A DNA stretch of 64,000 nucleotides from Clytia hemisphaerica (lineage: Eukaryota), in NCBI RefSeq assembly GCF_902728285.1, contig NW_027104472.1:1127681-1191680 (forward strand). Direction: 5' to 3'. The notes below the pieces were generated by a model that was given only the letters and a program-made list of their open reading frames with translations, did not search any database and was not told the DNA's origin. A program made the translations under genes and the position numbers. Shown here piece by piece: positions 1-11,205 of the stretch (position 1 is the stretch's first letter; each line of letters opens with the position of its first letter).

Positions 1-1000
1 AAGAATAATGGCATGTGATTTATATCAGTATTCATATAATCCTGGAGTACAGTGTATGAAACTCATACATGGGATAGGTACGTTATATTGGGCCCTATTG
101 GGCTATTGCAGAAAAAATTCTACCCCCTATGTTGAGGGAGTCTATTTTAGAAAAGGTGAACCCCCTGGATTTATTTTCAATTTTCCAGGACCCCTTGGAC
201 TTTTTTTTCTCATTTTTTGGGCCACCCTGGATTTTCGATCTCGTTTTACACTCGAAAAACCAGACTCCCTGGATTCTTTTCAGACCACCCTGAATGTGAC
301 ACCTCCTCAACATCTAGGGATACATAATATACTTTCTGTAATACCCAAATTCATGCTCAAATATCTGTATTTTGGATCAGGGTCTCAAATTTACAAAACA
401 TTTATATGCTGACAGGATTCATTTTACAAACCCTAGCGGTACGTCTCCGTGGACCGTAAAGGGACCAGGACACTGATAAATGAATCTGACCCTTTATTTT
501 CATGGTCGTGGAAATGCAAGGAAAAATTTGGAGCACTCAACTTGGAACTACATGGAATAAAAAATTGATCAAATTTTGAGTACGGGGTCATGAAACGTCT
601 TTTTTTCTCTAATGCAGCTTTTAACTACCCTTATTTTGAGAATCCCACTGTTTGAAGCCAAAATGAATTTTTTTAACCGTTCACTACCGAGCATACTTGC
701 GATTGCAGGGGTATAAAGATATCGGTGGAATCTCAAATAGCCCTAATTTTTAATATTGTGATTCTTTCCTGCTTTTTAATACATTTTTCGAAATCTGCTT
801 GAAATTAAGCGTCTATTGGTGTATCATTTATAGGCAATTGTAGGCAGATTCAGGTTAGAGCAATCAAACTATTGTTGAAATTTTATACCGGTAACTGTCC
901 CGATTTCTGAAAAGGGCTCAACCAGTGAACTTATGCAGAATTTTTAAAAACTTTTTCCTCAAAAAGTTTTTAAATCTAACAACATATTTAAACATGTTTA

Positions 1001-1331
1001 GATCGATCAAAACCACCTGATGACAATAAAATCATCATCATCGCCGGCGCGGCCGGTGGTGCCGTATTCTTGGTCTTCATTTTATGTCTCATATTCTGTT
1101 GCTATCGACGAAACGAAAGAATCAAGAAGGAAAAATTATATCAAACTGAAATGGAATATGTTTCGAATATGACTTCAATTAGAGAGCATATCCGAAGTGC
1201 AGACAGTACTATAAATCCATTGATGGAGCTGTTGGCGAGCTCTAAACCTGGTGAATTGATTCAATATCCAGTAGATTGTATTGAGTATGTCAAAGAACTT
1301 GGTGAAGGACAGTTCGGAAAAGTGTTCCAAG
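1001..1331 (+). CDS. Receptor tyrosine kinase gene, exon encoding transmembrane helix, juxtamembrane region and kinase glycine loop (Trk/ROR/MuSK/DDR clade, most Trk-like). Ectodomain exons lie upstream of the window.
   Basis: Acceptor tttag at 996-1000. Translation DRSKPPDDNKIIIIAGAAGGAVFLVFILCLIFCCYRRNERIKKEK...IQYPVDCIEYVKELGEGQFGKVFQ(G). A 23-aa hydrophobic TM is followed by a basic stop-transfer, then the GxGxFG loop. Donor G|GTAAAT at 1332. Phase 1 is completed by the next exon. Confidence 0.7.
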
Positions 1332-2030
1332 GTAAATTTACCATTAAATCTTTCGGTGACTCTCAACTTTCCTTATTTATTCCCAAATTTCATATTCTGC
1401 AAAATATATCACCAGCAGTAGCGTGGTGGCAGGGGGGCAAATGCCCCTCAGCGGAGGTTTTTCAAAGGGGCGCTGAAATGCAAAGCGTGCAAAAAGACGC
1501 CTCTAATTACTAATTTTGGCGCCCTTTTGCTTTTTTACACCTTAGATATGGCAGTTTTCGGCCAAAAAGAGAGAAAATATCCAAAAGTATTCGTGCTCCC
1601 TTCGCTCGCATTATTTTTTGAGCGCCAAAATCAAAATCTTCTAAAATTGCCTCCCCAGTTTGCCCGAATTTTAGTCGACCCACCACGCTACTATTTACCA
1701 GCCTGCTTCAAAACACCTCCTTTTTACAGACCCGGTAAGATTTTTTCAGTCAGAATTTTTCAGTCAGAAAATTCGGTAGGGATGGAAAAAACAGCAAAAA
1801 ATTTTGCAGTGAGGATTGGTTTAATTGATCATTTTTAGCGGAGACAAAAATCGGAGTATAATTTTCAATTAGGGACATGGCGTTCTAAATTTAAGAACGC
1901 CATGATTTTAGATGATATTTTATTCATTTTAGCCAGTGGGAAGGGGTTACCGAGAAGAAAGCGTTTCAATGAAACGGCTAAATTTAAGAAAGAGTATAGG
2001 GTATAGAAAAAGAAAAACTGAGTTTTAACT

Positions 2031-2580
2031 TTAGACTTAAGACTTAGAAGCTGAGCATCTGAGGATCCAAAAGTTCAAAAATGGTCCTTTAGGGTTTGAA
2101 ATATAGCCTAGAAACCAATAAATCCCCCCTAACCTGAGATCAGATTGTGGTTGTTTTCTGCCCACCACGCTGAAGCTCTAAAGGGATGGGTGAAAACATA
2201 CAATCTGACGAATATGCTATCTTAAAATCGTAAGGACGGCATTCGTCTAAAAGGACTGGGGATGACAACAAAGTTGCGTGATTGTGTTTACGAATAGGGC
2301 GCTGTATCAGTTTTTAACTTTCTGGCGCACAACAAGATTCTTATTGTAAAATTTTCCGCAGGACTATTTTCCTCAGATATATAATTTTCAAGTGCCTTCA
2401 GAGGTTTACAGTTCACGTAAGAAAATTATGAACAGCTATTATCAGGTACGGTACCCCCCAGATCGAAATATTCGATGAAATCAAGTTGAAGTCCCGAAAT
2501 TGAAATTCTCGCTCGAACTTCAATTTTCGAAAAATGGTAACATAGCCAAAATTGCCAATATGCTATGGCATTGATTGTAG
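2031..2580. repeat. SINE-like dispersed repeat (family C), copy interrupted by about 300 bp of unrelated sequence
   Basis: 2031-2145 and 2455-2580 are collinear with 5454-5667 (ttagacttaag...ctgaggatccaaaagttcaa...gaaaccaataaatccc...gatcgaaata(a/t)tcgatgaaatcaagttgaag...ctcgctcgaacttcaattttcgaaaaatggtaa...attgattgtag). A partial copy lies at 39225-39300. Confidence 0.6.
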
Positions 2581-2618
2581 TCTAATACAAAAAGAAATTT
2601 GTGTTCATTAATATTTAG

Positions 2619-2763
2619 GTCGAGTGCACGGTGTTGTGAAGGGCGAAGAAAGTACAGACGTCGCTGTGAAATGCTTGAAAGAAGGTTCGTCAGATGTGGC
2701 GAAAGCATCGTTCAACCAAGAAGTTGCTTTAATGTCCGTTCTGCAACATAATAATATACTAAG
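2619..2763 (+). CDS. RTK kinase-domain exon (VAVK catalytic lysine region)
   Basis: Acceptor atatttag (ag at 2617-2618). Translation GRVHGVVKGEESTDVAVKCLKEGSSDVAKASFNQEVALMSVLQHNNIL(R). Donor AG|GTAAGT at 2764. Phase is consistent with both flanking exons. Confidence 0.7.
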
Positions 2764-3636
2764 GTAAGTATAAGAACTGTTTGTGGATAGAAGGGTGGAG
2801 CTTTTATCTTACGGCGAAGAGTAATGTCAAACCCTGTCTAATCAGTCCTTTGGAGCTTGAAGAGACTTCTCACTGAGATACATGTTTTTTTATAAGCAAG
2901 TGTCTGCCCCTCTTGGTCAGGCTCGAGTATGCTTAAGCTTTCAAAACATCCAGGCATAACATATGCTTATTGCCACCGGAGGAAGCCTAAAGCTTCTGAG
3001 GATGGCATTCATAGCTTCACGCATAAGGAAGTTGGGCAAACATCTCATAATTTTGCGCGCGTTTTTCAGTATTTTAGTTCCGCTTAACGGTAGCATTCTT
3101 ATCTTACGGTCTCTCTATTGTTTTATCATCAACAAAAAGACTTTTCCGGAGTTATTTTGATCTGATTACTCATTTTGAAATGTCAGTTTGTCTTTTTTTA
3201 TCCCTGGAGAGTTAAATGAATCTAAGGAAATTCCCTTTTCTGGGAAATTAGTAGTTATTAAGGTATTTAAGTTATTAAGGTATTAAGCGCTCTTCATAGG
3301 TTAAAAATATTACTCTACTCAAGGTTTTCAAACACGAACGTTCTGCCACAATGTTTTCGGGTGCTGAATTTCCCTTGATAACTAACTTTTGACGCTCTTG
3401 CAGTACAAATAAAAGAGTGGCTGACGTCAGCTCAATATCCATTTTTAGTCCAAACATTAGAAAAAGTCGCACACTGGAATAGATGTTACAGCGTAGAAAA
3501 AGCCGCGACGTCTAGTATAGGCTAGGAACAAAATGAATTTTGTTTTTTGGCCATGTACTCGCTAGATAACATAAGGAGCTTGAATTCATGGCTTCGAATG
3601 GATTCAATTGATTTAATGAAAGTTTTTGTTTTGCAG

Positions 3637-3737
3637 GTTATTAGCCGTTTCGACAGAGGAGGAGCCATATTGTATGATTTTCGAATTCATGGAAAAAGGA
3701 GATTTGAATGAATTCTTACGACAATGGAATAGTAAAG
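3637..3737 (+). CDS. RTK kinase-domain exon (hinge region)
   Basis: Acceptor ttttgcag at 3635-3636. Translation (R)LLAVSTEEEPYCMIFEFMEKGDLNEFLRQWNSK, which aligns with the Trk segment [28 protein letters not shown]. Donor G|GTAGAG at 3738. Confidence 0.7.
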
Positions 3738-3896
3738 GTAGAGAGTTATAAGGGTAAATGGGGACAAATATCAAGTCATTATTTACAAACTTCTTTAACT
3801 TTTTTTCGTTCACGGGCACGGGCACGGGTAGTGACTAAGGGATCATAATCTGGTTTAGAAAGGGCTACATCATACACTACACAATATAACACCCCC

Positions 3897-4190
3897 TTCT
3901 CACAGACCTACTGGGACCCCTTCCCACTGGAAAAATTGTCCAAAATATCGTCCCCGGTGGAAAATGATCTGCAATTTTCATCCCCACTGAAAATAATCTA
4001 ATAAACCAAGCCTTTACTACAAAGAATTGTGCTATTTTTCTCACCGCTGAATTTTCTGACTTAAAAACAAAAGAATTGAAATCCCCAGCCATAGAAATAT
4101 GGGAATATCAATATCCCCATTGAGTCTCAGTCCGCTATTTTTATCCCCACTGGCTGAAAAAAATCCTACCGGGTCTGTGCGAAGGAGATG
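3897..4190. mobile_element. MITE family D (TIR cacccctgtctcaca / tgtgacacaggggtg), copy in RTK intron 3
   Basis: Repeated ccccactg(g/a) motifs. Copies lie at 12159-12450 (same orientation), 18497-18733 (perfect TIRs) and 44292-44535 (truncated). In 18497-18733 and 44292-44535 the internal ggcaaaaatttcgtccccggtggaa segment is inverted relative to 3897-4190 and 12159-12450. Confidence 0.6.
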
Positions 4191-4383
4191 TAGTATATTG
4201 TCAGTCAATATATTGACATTTACTAGTAATAGGATTGTTTAATTTTCCGATTCCTTTCAGTTTCCTCTTCTGATAACCAAAAAGCCTTAAACTTTTTTTC
4301 GACGGCTTTAAATGTTTTAATTATTTCACCGGTCGTATATGTAGCTTGATGACAGCATTGCCTATAATTTGGTGGTTACCTTA

Positions 4384-4548
4384 TCGGGGAAAACTTCGTC
4401 GGGGAAAATTTTCGTCGGGGAAAATTTTCGTAGGGATAAAATTCGTCACTTGCTGGTAGTTGGTAAACGTATTAAGGCCGGGGAAAATTTTCGTGGCGGG
4501 GAAAATATTCGTCACGTGTCCAAAATTTCGTCACTTTTCCCCGATATA
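4384..4548. repeat. Tandem array of a 16-bp ggggaaaattttcgtc-like unit with an inverted terminal copy
   Basis: Repeats ggggaaaacttcgtc, ggggaaaattttcgtc (several times), ending with the inverted cgtcacttttccccga. It lies about 60 bp upstream of the RTK exon-4 acceptor. Confidence 0.6.
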
Positions 4549-4607
4549 AGAGAAGGTATCTTTGGGAAATAAAAATAATAGCATGATAACAATTCATTTT
4601 GTGACAG

Positions 4608-4795
4608 AATATCTCAACGACAGTCAACTCATCAAAATATGTAAACACGTAGCAGCTGGAATGGAGTATCTTGCATCCAAGAAATTTCTACATAGAGATT
4701 TAGCGACGCGAAATTGTCTTGTTGGTAAAGACTTGATGGTCAAAATTGCAGATTTTGGAATGTCAAGAAATGTTTATCATTCTGATTACTATAGG
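4608..4795 (+). CDS. RTK kinase-domain exon (catalytic loop [14 protein letters not shown], activation-loop YY)
   Basis: Acceptor gtgacag (ag at 4606-4607). Translation (E)[62 protein letters not shown]. Donor AGG|GTAAGA at 4796. ORF-track entry 4562..4876 is this exon read through into the intron. Confidence 0.75.
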
Positions 4796-4812
4796 GTAAG
4801 ACTTCTTTTCTC

Positions 4813-4899
4813 CGGCCAGCTGACACAAAGTTGTTTCAACATTCACAACGTCAATGTAACGTTAGATGAACGTTGAGACAACGTCGTGTGCCAGCCTGG
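4813..4899. mobile_element. Palindromic MITE (family B, CCAGCTGGCACACAACGTT TIR), copy 1
   Basis: ccggccagctgacacaaagttgtttcaac...aacgtcgtgtgccagcctgg. It begins 17 bp after the exon-4 donor. A second copy lies at 10009-10108. Confidence 0.65.
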
Positions 4900-5453
4900 A
4901 AAAAACCTCTGGCTTTAGGTAGATTTTCCAAGAGATTCATCTGATGGGTTTTCTGGGTTTTCTGGGAATTGATTTTGAGTCATTCGGGGGAATACACATC
5001 GGTAAACTCATAAGTATATTTATGTGGTGGCTGTCTAACACCATACCTACTCTCAGCTCTCAGTCACCTCCTGCTTAGATCAGAACTAGACGGACCTAAA
5101 GTTAATTCCCTCTTCCTTCCGTGTGAGGAATGAAAAATTCAAGATCGTCGTATCAAAACTATCTGCATATATACGTGGTTTTTAAGAAATCTTTATCATT
5201 CTAAGTATGGATTAAGACCTTTGTCAAAAAATCCTCTCCCTAACAGCTTTTCTAACCACAGGCCACTTTGCTACCATTTTGCGTTATTGGCGTGACAGGA
5301 AGAAAATATGAAATTCTTTATGTATGGGAAGATAGCCAATCTACAATCAGTGACAAAATACTTGGCACAAAAGGGAAATTCACCGGGGTGTTTTGAAACC
5401 ACAATCGATTTGTAAGTGCTCTAAAGTAGGTTTGAAGGGTAGAGTTTTAGCGC

Positions 5454-5667
5454 TAGACTTAAGGACCTTAGGATCTGAGGATCCAAAAGTTCAACAATAG
5501 TCCAGTAGGGCTTGAAGTATAGCCTAGAAACCAATAAATCCCTTCCAGATCGAAATAATCGATGAAATCAAGTTGAAGGCCTGAAATTGACATTCTCGCT
5601 CGAACTTCAATTTTCGAAAAATGGTAAATTAGCCAAAAGTGCCAATATATTATAGCACTGATTGTAG
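5454..5667. repeat. SINE-like dispersed repeat (family C), intact copy in RTK intron 4
   Basis: See the 2031-2580 copy. Ends in ..gcactgattgtag. Confidence 0.6.
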
Positions 5668-5739
5668 GTACTCATTCGCTGATTTGGAAAATATCGTGAA
5701 AATAAATTAAAAAACTTATAATCTTCCTTGTCCTGACAG

Positions 5740-5919
5740 GTGGGTGGTGAAGCAATGCTACCGATTCGCTGGATGCCACCAGAATCCATTCTGTATGGAA
5801 AATTCACGGTAGCATCAGATGTTTATTCATTTGGTGTTGTGATGTGGGAGATCTTCAGTTTCGCTTTGCAACCGTTTTATGGATACGGGAATGAAGAAGT
5901 TATTGAATTCATCAAAAAG
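5740..5919 (+). CDS. RTK kinase-domain exon (P+1 loop / subdomain VIII-IX)
   Basis: Acceptor tcctgacag (ag at 5738-5739). Translation [60 protein letters not shown], which matches Trk [26 protein letters not shown]. Donor AAG|GTAAGA at 5920. Confidence 0.8.
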
Positions 5920-6878
5920 GTAAGAAAATGTATGATACACCTGTTAACCAGAGAAAGTGGAAGTAAGGAAATAAAAAGTGAGAAAAATGAAAAATGAGAT
6001 TTTTGTCAAAATTAATAATTTCCGTACCCATGTTCTTTTTTAGACACCATTTTAAAAGAAAACTAGTTCTTTACATACATCTTGAAAATAAAATTGAGAA
6101 ATTTGCCACCCTAGGCTACGTCATATCCTCTTTCGTTTCGAGCGTAAAACTCCTAAGGCCTAAAATCCTGGAGCTGTCTATTATGTAGACTATCCCCACT
6201 CTCCAGTTAGTTCCGACTTGATTATGCATGGGCAGGCAGTATTTACCTATAGAAAGAAAAAAGTTGTAAGATTGTAGTTGTTGTAGGATTATCTGCAGGA
6301 GTCTATTTCTAGTTGACAAATTGTAAATACTAAAACTAAGTAGGGGTAAACAAAATTGATTAATCTGTCAAAAGGATATCATCATTTTGTCATACCCAGT
6401 GGTGACATTTCAACAAGTTTTAATTCATTTCTTGCATAAATATTGACAAAAAACGTCATCAAAAGCATACGGTAAACAAATTACTTACATATAAATTAGG
6501 TATACCTACATAACAAATAAAGTTCTTAAACCCCGGAGATCGTAAGTAGCTTGGTAGCAGAGGTTGGCGACAACTGCCCTCCAGTGGCCGGTTTTTAAGG
6601 GGCATTCTGACTCTCTTTTTATTTTCAACGTGGTTAAACTAGCAAGTTTTAGCCACTTTTCGTACTTGCGAACGCTTCCCTTGCGTAACACTTTCACCAA
6701 AATACTTTTTTAATCAGAAATTGTCGACCCACCACGCTATTAAGTTAGTTAGAGAGCGGTAACCAAACTGACCATATAGTATAACAATACTTAATGAAAA
6801 TTCTTTACGCATTCTTATATAAAAATTTGTCCGTATTTTTTGGGACACACTGTAACGTTGTCTGTATTTTCAAAATAG

Positions 6879-7020
6879 GGTGTGCTACTACCAAAACCTG
6901 AAGATTGTCCAGAATGGATCTACAACATCATGTTGAACTGTTGGAAGACTGACGTTGAAGAGAGAATCACCTTTACCAGAGCTTATCAAATGTTAAAAGG
7001 ACAATTTCACCAGGATAACG
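6879..7020 (+). CDS. RTK kinase-domain C-lobe exon
   Basis: Acceptor caaaatag (ag at 6877-6878). Translation GVLLPKPEDCPEWIYNIMLNCWKTDVEERITFTRAYQMLKGQFHQDN(G). The CW motif and C-lobe end are conserved. Donor G|GTACAT at 7021 (phase 1). The alternative is no splice and a stop 6 codons later. Confidence 0.6.
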
Positions 7021-7297
7021 GTACATGTTTTACAATCTGTGAAAAAAACCCTTAAAAGAGAAGAAATTTTGATGAATGCTTCGAATACTTGATTTGTGGA
7101 TTTTAATTCTTAGTTCTTTAAAAAAAATTCTCCTACAGCATCTTTCGTCAGACAAAGTATGGTCAGATACCATTTGGGACAATAAGGAGCGAGTATATAG
7201 CTTTTGGTCACCCTTACTCGTCAAAATTTCAGAAAACAGGAACAAGAAAAGAGTACCACTCAAAACTAATCTTTCATTATTCTTCCTATACAAACAG

Positions 7298-7551
7298 CTG
7301 AAGATCGTACCACAGACAACTACGATCGCCTACCCTCTGAAATAAGACCAGCAACTGAAGGAGGGAACCCACAGTCAGACCCTTCCACCAATCACGAAGG
7401 ATATGACCGTGTGACTGTGTCCCAGCAACCACCACAGAGGACCCATAACGATTATGATAAAGTATGGAACGAGCCTGAAGTCAAACAATCACCAGATTTC
7501 AATCAAACACCAGGCTATATCAATTTAGCAAATCTAAGTAAGTACAAATGA
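7298..7551 (+). CDS. Putative RTK C-terminal tail exon (Tyr-containing, includes YINL)
   Basis: Acceptor tatacaaacag (ag at 7296-7297). Phase 1 from the previous exon gives (A)EDRTTDNYDRLPSEIRPATEGGNPQSDPSTNHEGYDRVTVSQQPPQRTHNDYDKVWNEPEVKQSPDFNQTPGYINLANLSKYK then TGA at 7549-7551. An 84-codon open frame in AT-rich DNA. An alternative donor CTAA|GTAAGT at 7538 is possible. Confidence 0.4.
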
Positions 7552-7599
7552 CTCTCTTTAATTCGATCTTCAAGTGACCAAAAATTTTCTTCGAATTTA

Positions 7600-7748
7600 T
7601 GATATTCATGACGTAATGTTTTCTACGGAAATACCCCGGTTTTAGCCAGTAGTGACAAATTTAAACCAGACAAAAGTTGTATAAAATTTGCCACTGCTTG
7701 CTAAAACCGGGGTATTTCGGTGGAAAACATTACGTCATGAAAATCATG
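7600..7748. mobile_element. Hairpin MITE (family A) just downstream of the RTK stop codon, probably within the 3'UTR
   Basis: Terminal inverted repeat ttcatgacgtaatgttttctacggaaataccccggttttagc (7605-7646) versus gctaaaaccggggtatttcggtggaaaacattacgtcatgaa (7700-7742). A second copy lies at 19185-19335. Confidence 0.7.
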
Positions 7749-9686
7749 AATTAGAGAAAGATTCGAATTACAAAAAAAATATTCTATAATAATTTCCAGC
7801 TGAGGGGACAAACATTTTAGTTCGAATTATCAAAAAAATTTGAGGTTTGAATTAGGAGAGTTGGCTGTGTATTGGTTCATTGCCCCATTGCCATTGACCC
7901 CCATCACGGGGGTCTGACCTGTCTTACAAGTGATGTTGGGATGCTAGTGGAATAAAAAAAAACTGTGCGGTACAGAATTCTGAAGAAAATTTTTTTTGGC
8001 CCCAATGAGGATAACTTTCAGCGTGATCAGAGTTCATTAGAAAAATAAATGAAAGTCAACCCTGTTTTTGAGATCATGTCAAAATTCACCAAGGCCGATT
8101 AGCCAGATAAAATAACCCGAATTAATTTTTACATAAGTTTTTGAGACGGTCCAGATCTGAAATAATCAATTGGATAATAGTTTAATTAATTCTTAAGCGA
8201 AAGAAAGTTCGAAGAGAGAATCATCTGATGATCTGCCACGTTCACCATCTACAGGTAAACAAATTATATTCCATTCTGATTCGACGTTCTACTATTCGAT
8301 AGGCTCACTTATTCGATAATATTGAAAGTCACCGTCAAAAAGAAGCTCTTGTAAACGACGCTCCACTATTCGATACGCTGAAAAGGAGAAAATAGTAATT
8401 TGCACGAGTCCGAAGGACAAGTGCAAATTACGGTATTTTCTCCTTTGTTACGAGTGATTAATCGTTAATTGCACGACAAAACATACGATTCCGAGGTAAT
8501 CGTCAGTAAACATTCGAAAACCTCCTTTTTTTCTTTTGTTTAAAAAGAAAACATTGCAGTGTAATTTTTCTTTGTTTTCAATTAAAAGAAGCTATTGTAA
8601 CGTAAAATTTCTTTGTTCTTTTTTATATTGAAGAAAAAAAATGTCTTTGTTTTATATTATATAGTAAAAAAAAGTCTCTGACACAGGACTTGGGAGAGAA
8701 AAGAATAAGGGGACAAAAGTGTCCCCCCGCCGAAGTGGTAATAGTCCAATTAACGATTAATCGCACTCCTCTAAACCAATCAGATTCGAGTAATTTTGCA
8801 CGGCTGACGATTAGTAAATAAATATTCAAGCTGCATTCTGTGAAAATTCCATTCGAAAAACAACAGTATTGAGGTGACAGCAAGTATTCAAAGTTTAACA
8901 TTTGAAAATTAGTTCTTTTAACAAGATGTGTGTTATTTGGTCCTAAATTTATAAAAGTTTATTTGGAATTTATAAAAATATACTTCAAATAAGGTAATAA
9001 GAGAGGATAGTGAAAAAAATTTGAGACTTAAAATATAATTGTTTTTCAATTGAATATTATGAACACTTTTAAGGTTAAGGATTTTGTTACCTTTAACTTA
9101 GTTCTTATAAACCACGGAGACACAGATAGAACATCCATTTACGACAAATACAATAGCGTCATTATTCCAGCCGCGGCTTTCTTATACTATGCTAAAACCA
9201 ATAGAATCGTTAACCTTAATTACACATTCCAACATGTAGATAAAGTGAACAAAGGAGAAAATACCGTAATTTGCACTTGTCCTTCGGACTCGTGCAAATT
9301 ACTATTTTCTCCTTTGTTACTCGTGATTAATCGTTAATTGCACTCCAAACCATACGATTACTAGTACTAATACCAGTAATAATTTTTCAGAATAATCAGG
9401 AAGGCACTTCGAGGCACTAGACTTTCTTCATGTTCTTTTAAAGCACTGACATTCTGACGTTCTAGTACTTTTAAACCAAGAGTCTTTTCTTTTACTTTGA
9501 TCTTATGAATGCGTGAATTATCAAGAGATTTGCGTTTATGAGCAAAATTACGTCTAACGAGTTTGCTAAAAGTCAAATTAAATTGACAATGGAAATTGTT
9601 ACTGAACCATAAAAAAATTCGTTCTTCCGACATAGATAGAACAACAGAAATTCACCTGTACTCGTTCCAGCCGCGGCTTTCTTATA

Positions 9687-9937
9687 CAGGGTGTCCCTAA
9701 TTAAAGTATCGAGTTTGAACATGCGATTGAGTAGAAAAGTTTGTGTGTGTTATCGCTAAAATATAAGAATGTTCTCCATCACACAGGCTTATTACAAAAG
9801 GTAGTTACAACGTATAAATTAATCGTAATGACAAAGAAAAAAGAGGGAGAGCTTAAAATACAATTTTGTGAACACGCACATAAAACTTTCTACTCATAGT
9901 TGTGTTTCGACTCGATACTTTAATTAGGGACACCCTG
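9687..9937. mobile_element. Tc1/mariner-type MITE with TA target-site duplication
   Basis: TIR cagggtgtccctaattaaagtatcgagt (9687-9714) versus actcgatactttaattagggacaccctg (9910-9937). Flanked by TA on both sides. Confidence 0.75.
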
Positions 9938-10008
9938 TACTATGGTTTTAGTTTGTATAAATTGAATTCTAAGTTGCTTTTTTTTAGATACATTGTATAA
10001 CATTATCA

Positions 10009-10108
10009 CCCAGCTGGCACACAACGTTTTTTCGATACGTTTATCTAACGTTCACAACGTCCAAATAACGTTAGATGAACGTTGAAATAACGTTGTGTGC
10101 CAGCTGGG
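10009..10108. mobile_element. Palindromic MITE (family B), copy 2
   Basis: cccagctggcacacaacgtttttt...aacgttgtgtgccagctggg forms a near-perfect 100-bp hairpin. Confidence 0.7.
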
Positions 10109-10409
10109 CACATAAGAAATGCTCAAGTGTATCTAAACATTCAATTTCTTTTGTAAACTCCAAAGTTTACAGCGGAGTCTCTTTAACTCGATCCTCTACA
10201 ACTCGAATCTCTCCTTAACTCGAATAAGTTTTATGGGCCCCGTTAACAATGCCTTATATAAATCTTACTGCATAACTCAAAATTTCCTTAACATTGTGTT
10301 CTTCGTGCATGTTCGGGTTATGACACTGTATAAATTGAAATTGAAATTTTAATCTACAACAAAAAATGCAGCTTAGTCAAGTCATTGAAATAGTTCATTT
10401 TGATTAATT

Positions 10410-10846
10410 TCATTCAAAAGCCAATGCACCATATATCCAAATTTCGGCAAAATTCCTGGTTCCACTTCCATCTGCTGGGTATTGATAAGCGAGTAGTCCA
10501 TCAGCTAACCGATTACAAGGCAATACAACCCTTTCTGATACTTGCCCTGTGTTTCCAAAATAAGTTTCAACAGTCTGTCCTTCTTCGAAACTAATGGTTT
10601 TTAGATCAATATTGTAGCTACGGCTCTCATATTGAGATCCCACCAAATCCAATCGGTTCACAAACTCAACTGCAGTTATGAAGACACGTTTGCCGAAAAT
10701 TGCTTTGATCCAAAAACTACCATCTGTTGAAGCTCCATAAGAATGGTAATAGTTGCTTTCAATCCCGTCAAATATTTTGTTGGCTTCGTTTCCAACCCTT
10801 TCCGTAGATGCGGAGTATTCTGTAATGAGTTGATGGAGTTGTGTAT
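10410..10846 (-). CDS. Terminal coding exon of a minus-strand gene (unknown domain; possibly the same gene as the PAN exon at 12946-13296)
   Basis: An open frame of about 145 codons on minus extends the ORF-track entry 10410..10661 upstream: ...LDTQLHQLITEYSASTERVGNEANKIFDGIESNYYHSYGASTDGSFWIKAIFGKRVFITAVEFVNRLDLVGSQYESRSYNIDLKTISFEEGQTVETYFGNTGQVSERVVLPCNRLADGLLAYQYPADGSGTRNFAEIWIYGALAFE*. Candidate acceptor ctttttattag|at (minus) at 10848-10847. Phase does not match the PAN exon's donor, so intervening exons are likely. Confidence 0.4.
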
Positions 10847-10879
10847 CTAATAAAAAGTATAGGGTAGAGTCACAAATTA

Positions 10880-11205
10880 TAACTCCGAAAGCAGCCGGCG
10901 AGGCGACCTTTTTTCCCGATGTGTTCTAAAAGTATGTTTCGGCTAGAAATTTTGTTCTGTTCTGATAAGATCTTCGAAAATTAATCAGCCAGAAATAATG
11001 ATGTGTTCTGACGAGACATGGGTATAATCAAGATCATCAAACGTGTTCTTGTTGTCTAGGTAACCCTAGAAAGCTTCAGAACACACCTTTTAAGGAGACA
11101 GGGTTATAATCAAGAGAAAATTGATGTGATCTTGTTGCCTAGTAACCCTAGAAAGTTTCAGAACACGTCTTTCTAAAAAATCTCTCCGCCGGCTGCTTCT
11201 GTAAT
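10880..11205. mobile_element. MITE with TIR gaaagcagccggcg and an internal 80-bp direct repeat
   Basis: ccgaaagcagccggcgagg (10885-10903) versus ctccgccggctgcttctg (11183-11200). Internal duplicated block gttctgacgagacatgggtataatcaagatcatcaaacgtgttcttgttg(t/c)ctag(g)taaccctagaaag(c/t)ttcagaacac. Confidence 0.65.

Noticed and set aside
8-412. 134-aa plus-strand ORF at the window start
   Set aside because: Its central part (..GPLGLFFLIFWATLDF..) recurs inverted at 57082-57339 (..FSGPLGFFLIFWNNLDF..), so it is a dispersed repeat. There is no start context or splice support.
4562-4876. ORF-track protein continuing ...[30 protein letters not shown]
   Set aside because: It reads through the GTAAGA donor at 4796 into the intron and into the family B MITE. 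The conserved Trk continuation YYR|[13 protein letters not shown] is supplied by the next exon at 5740.
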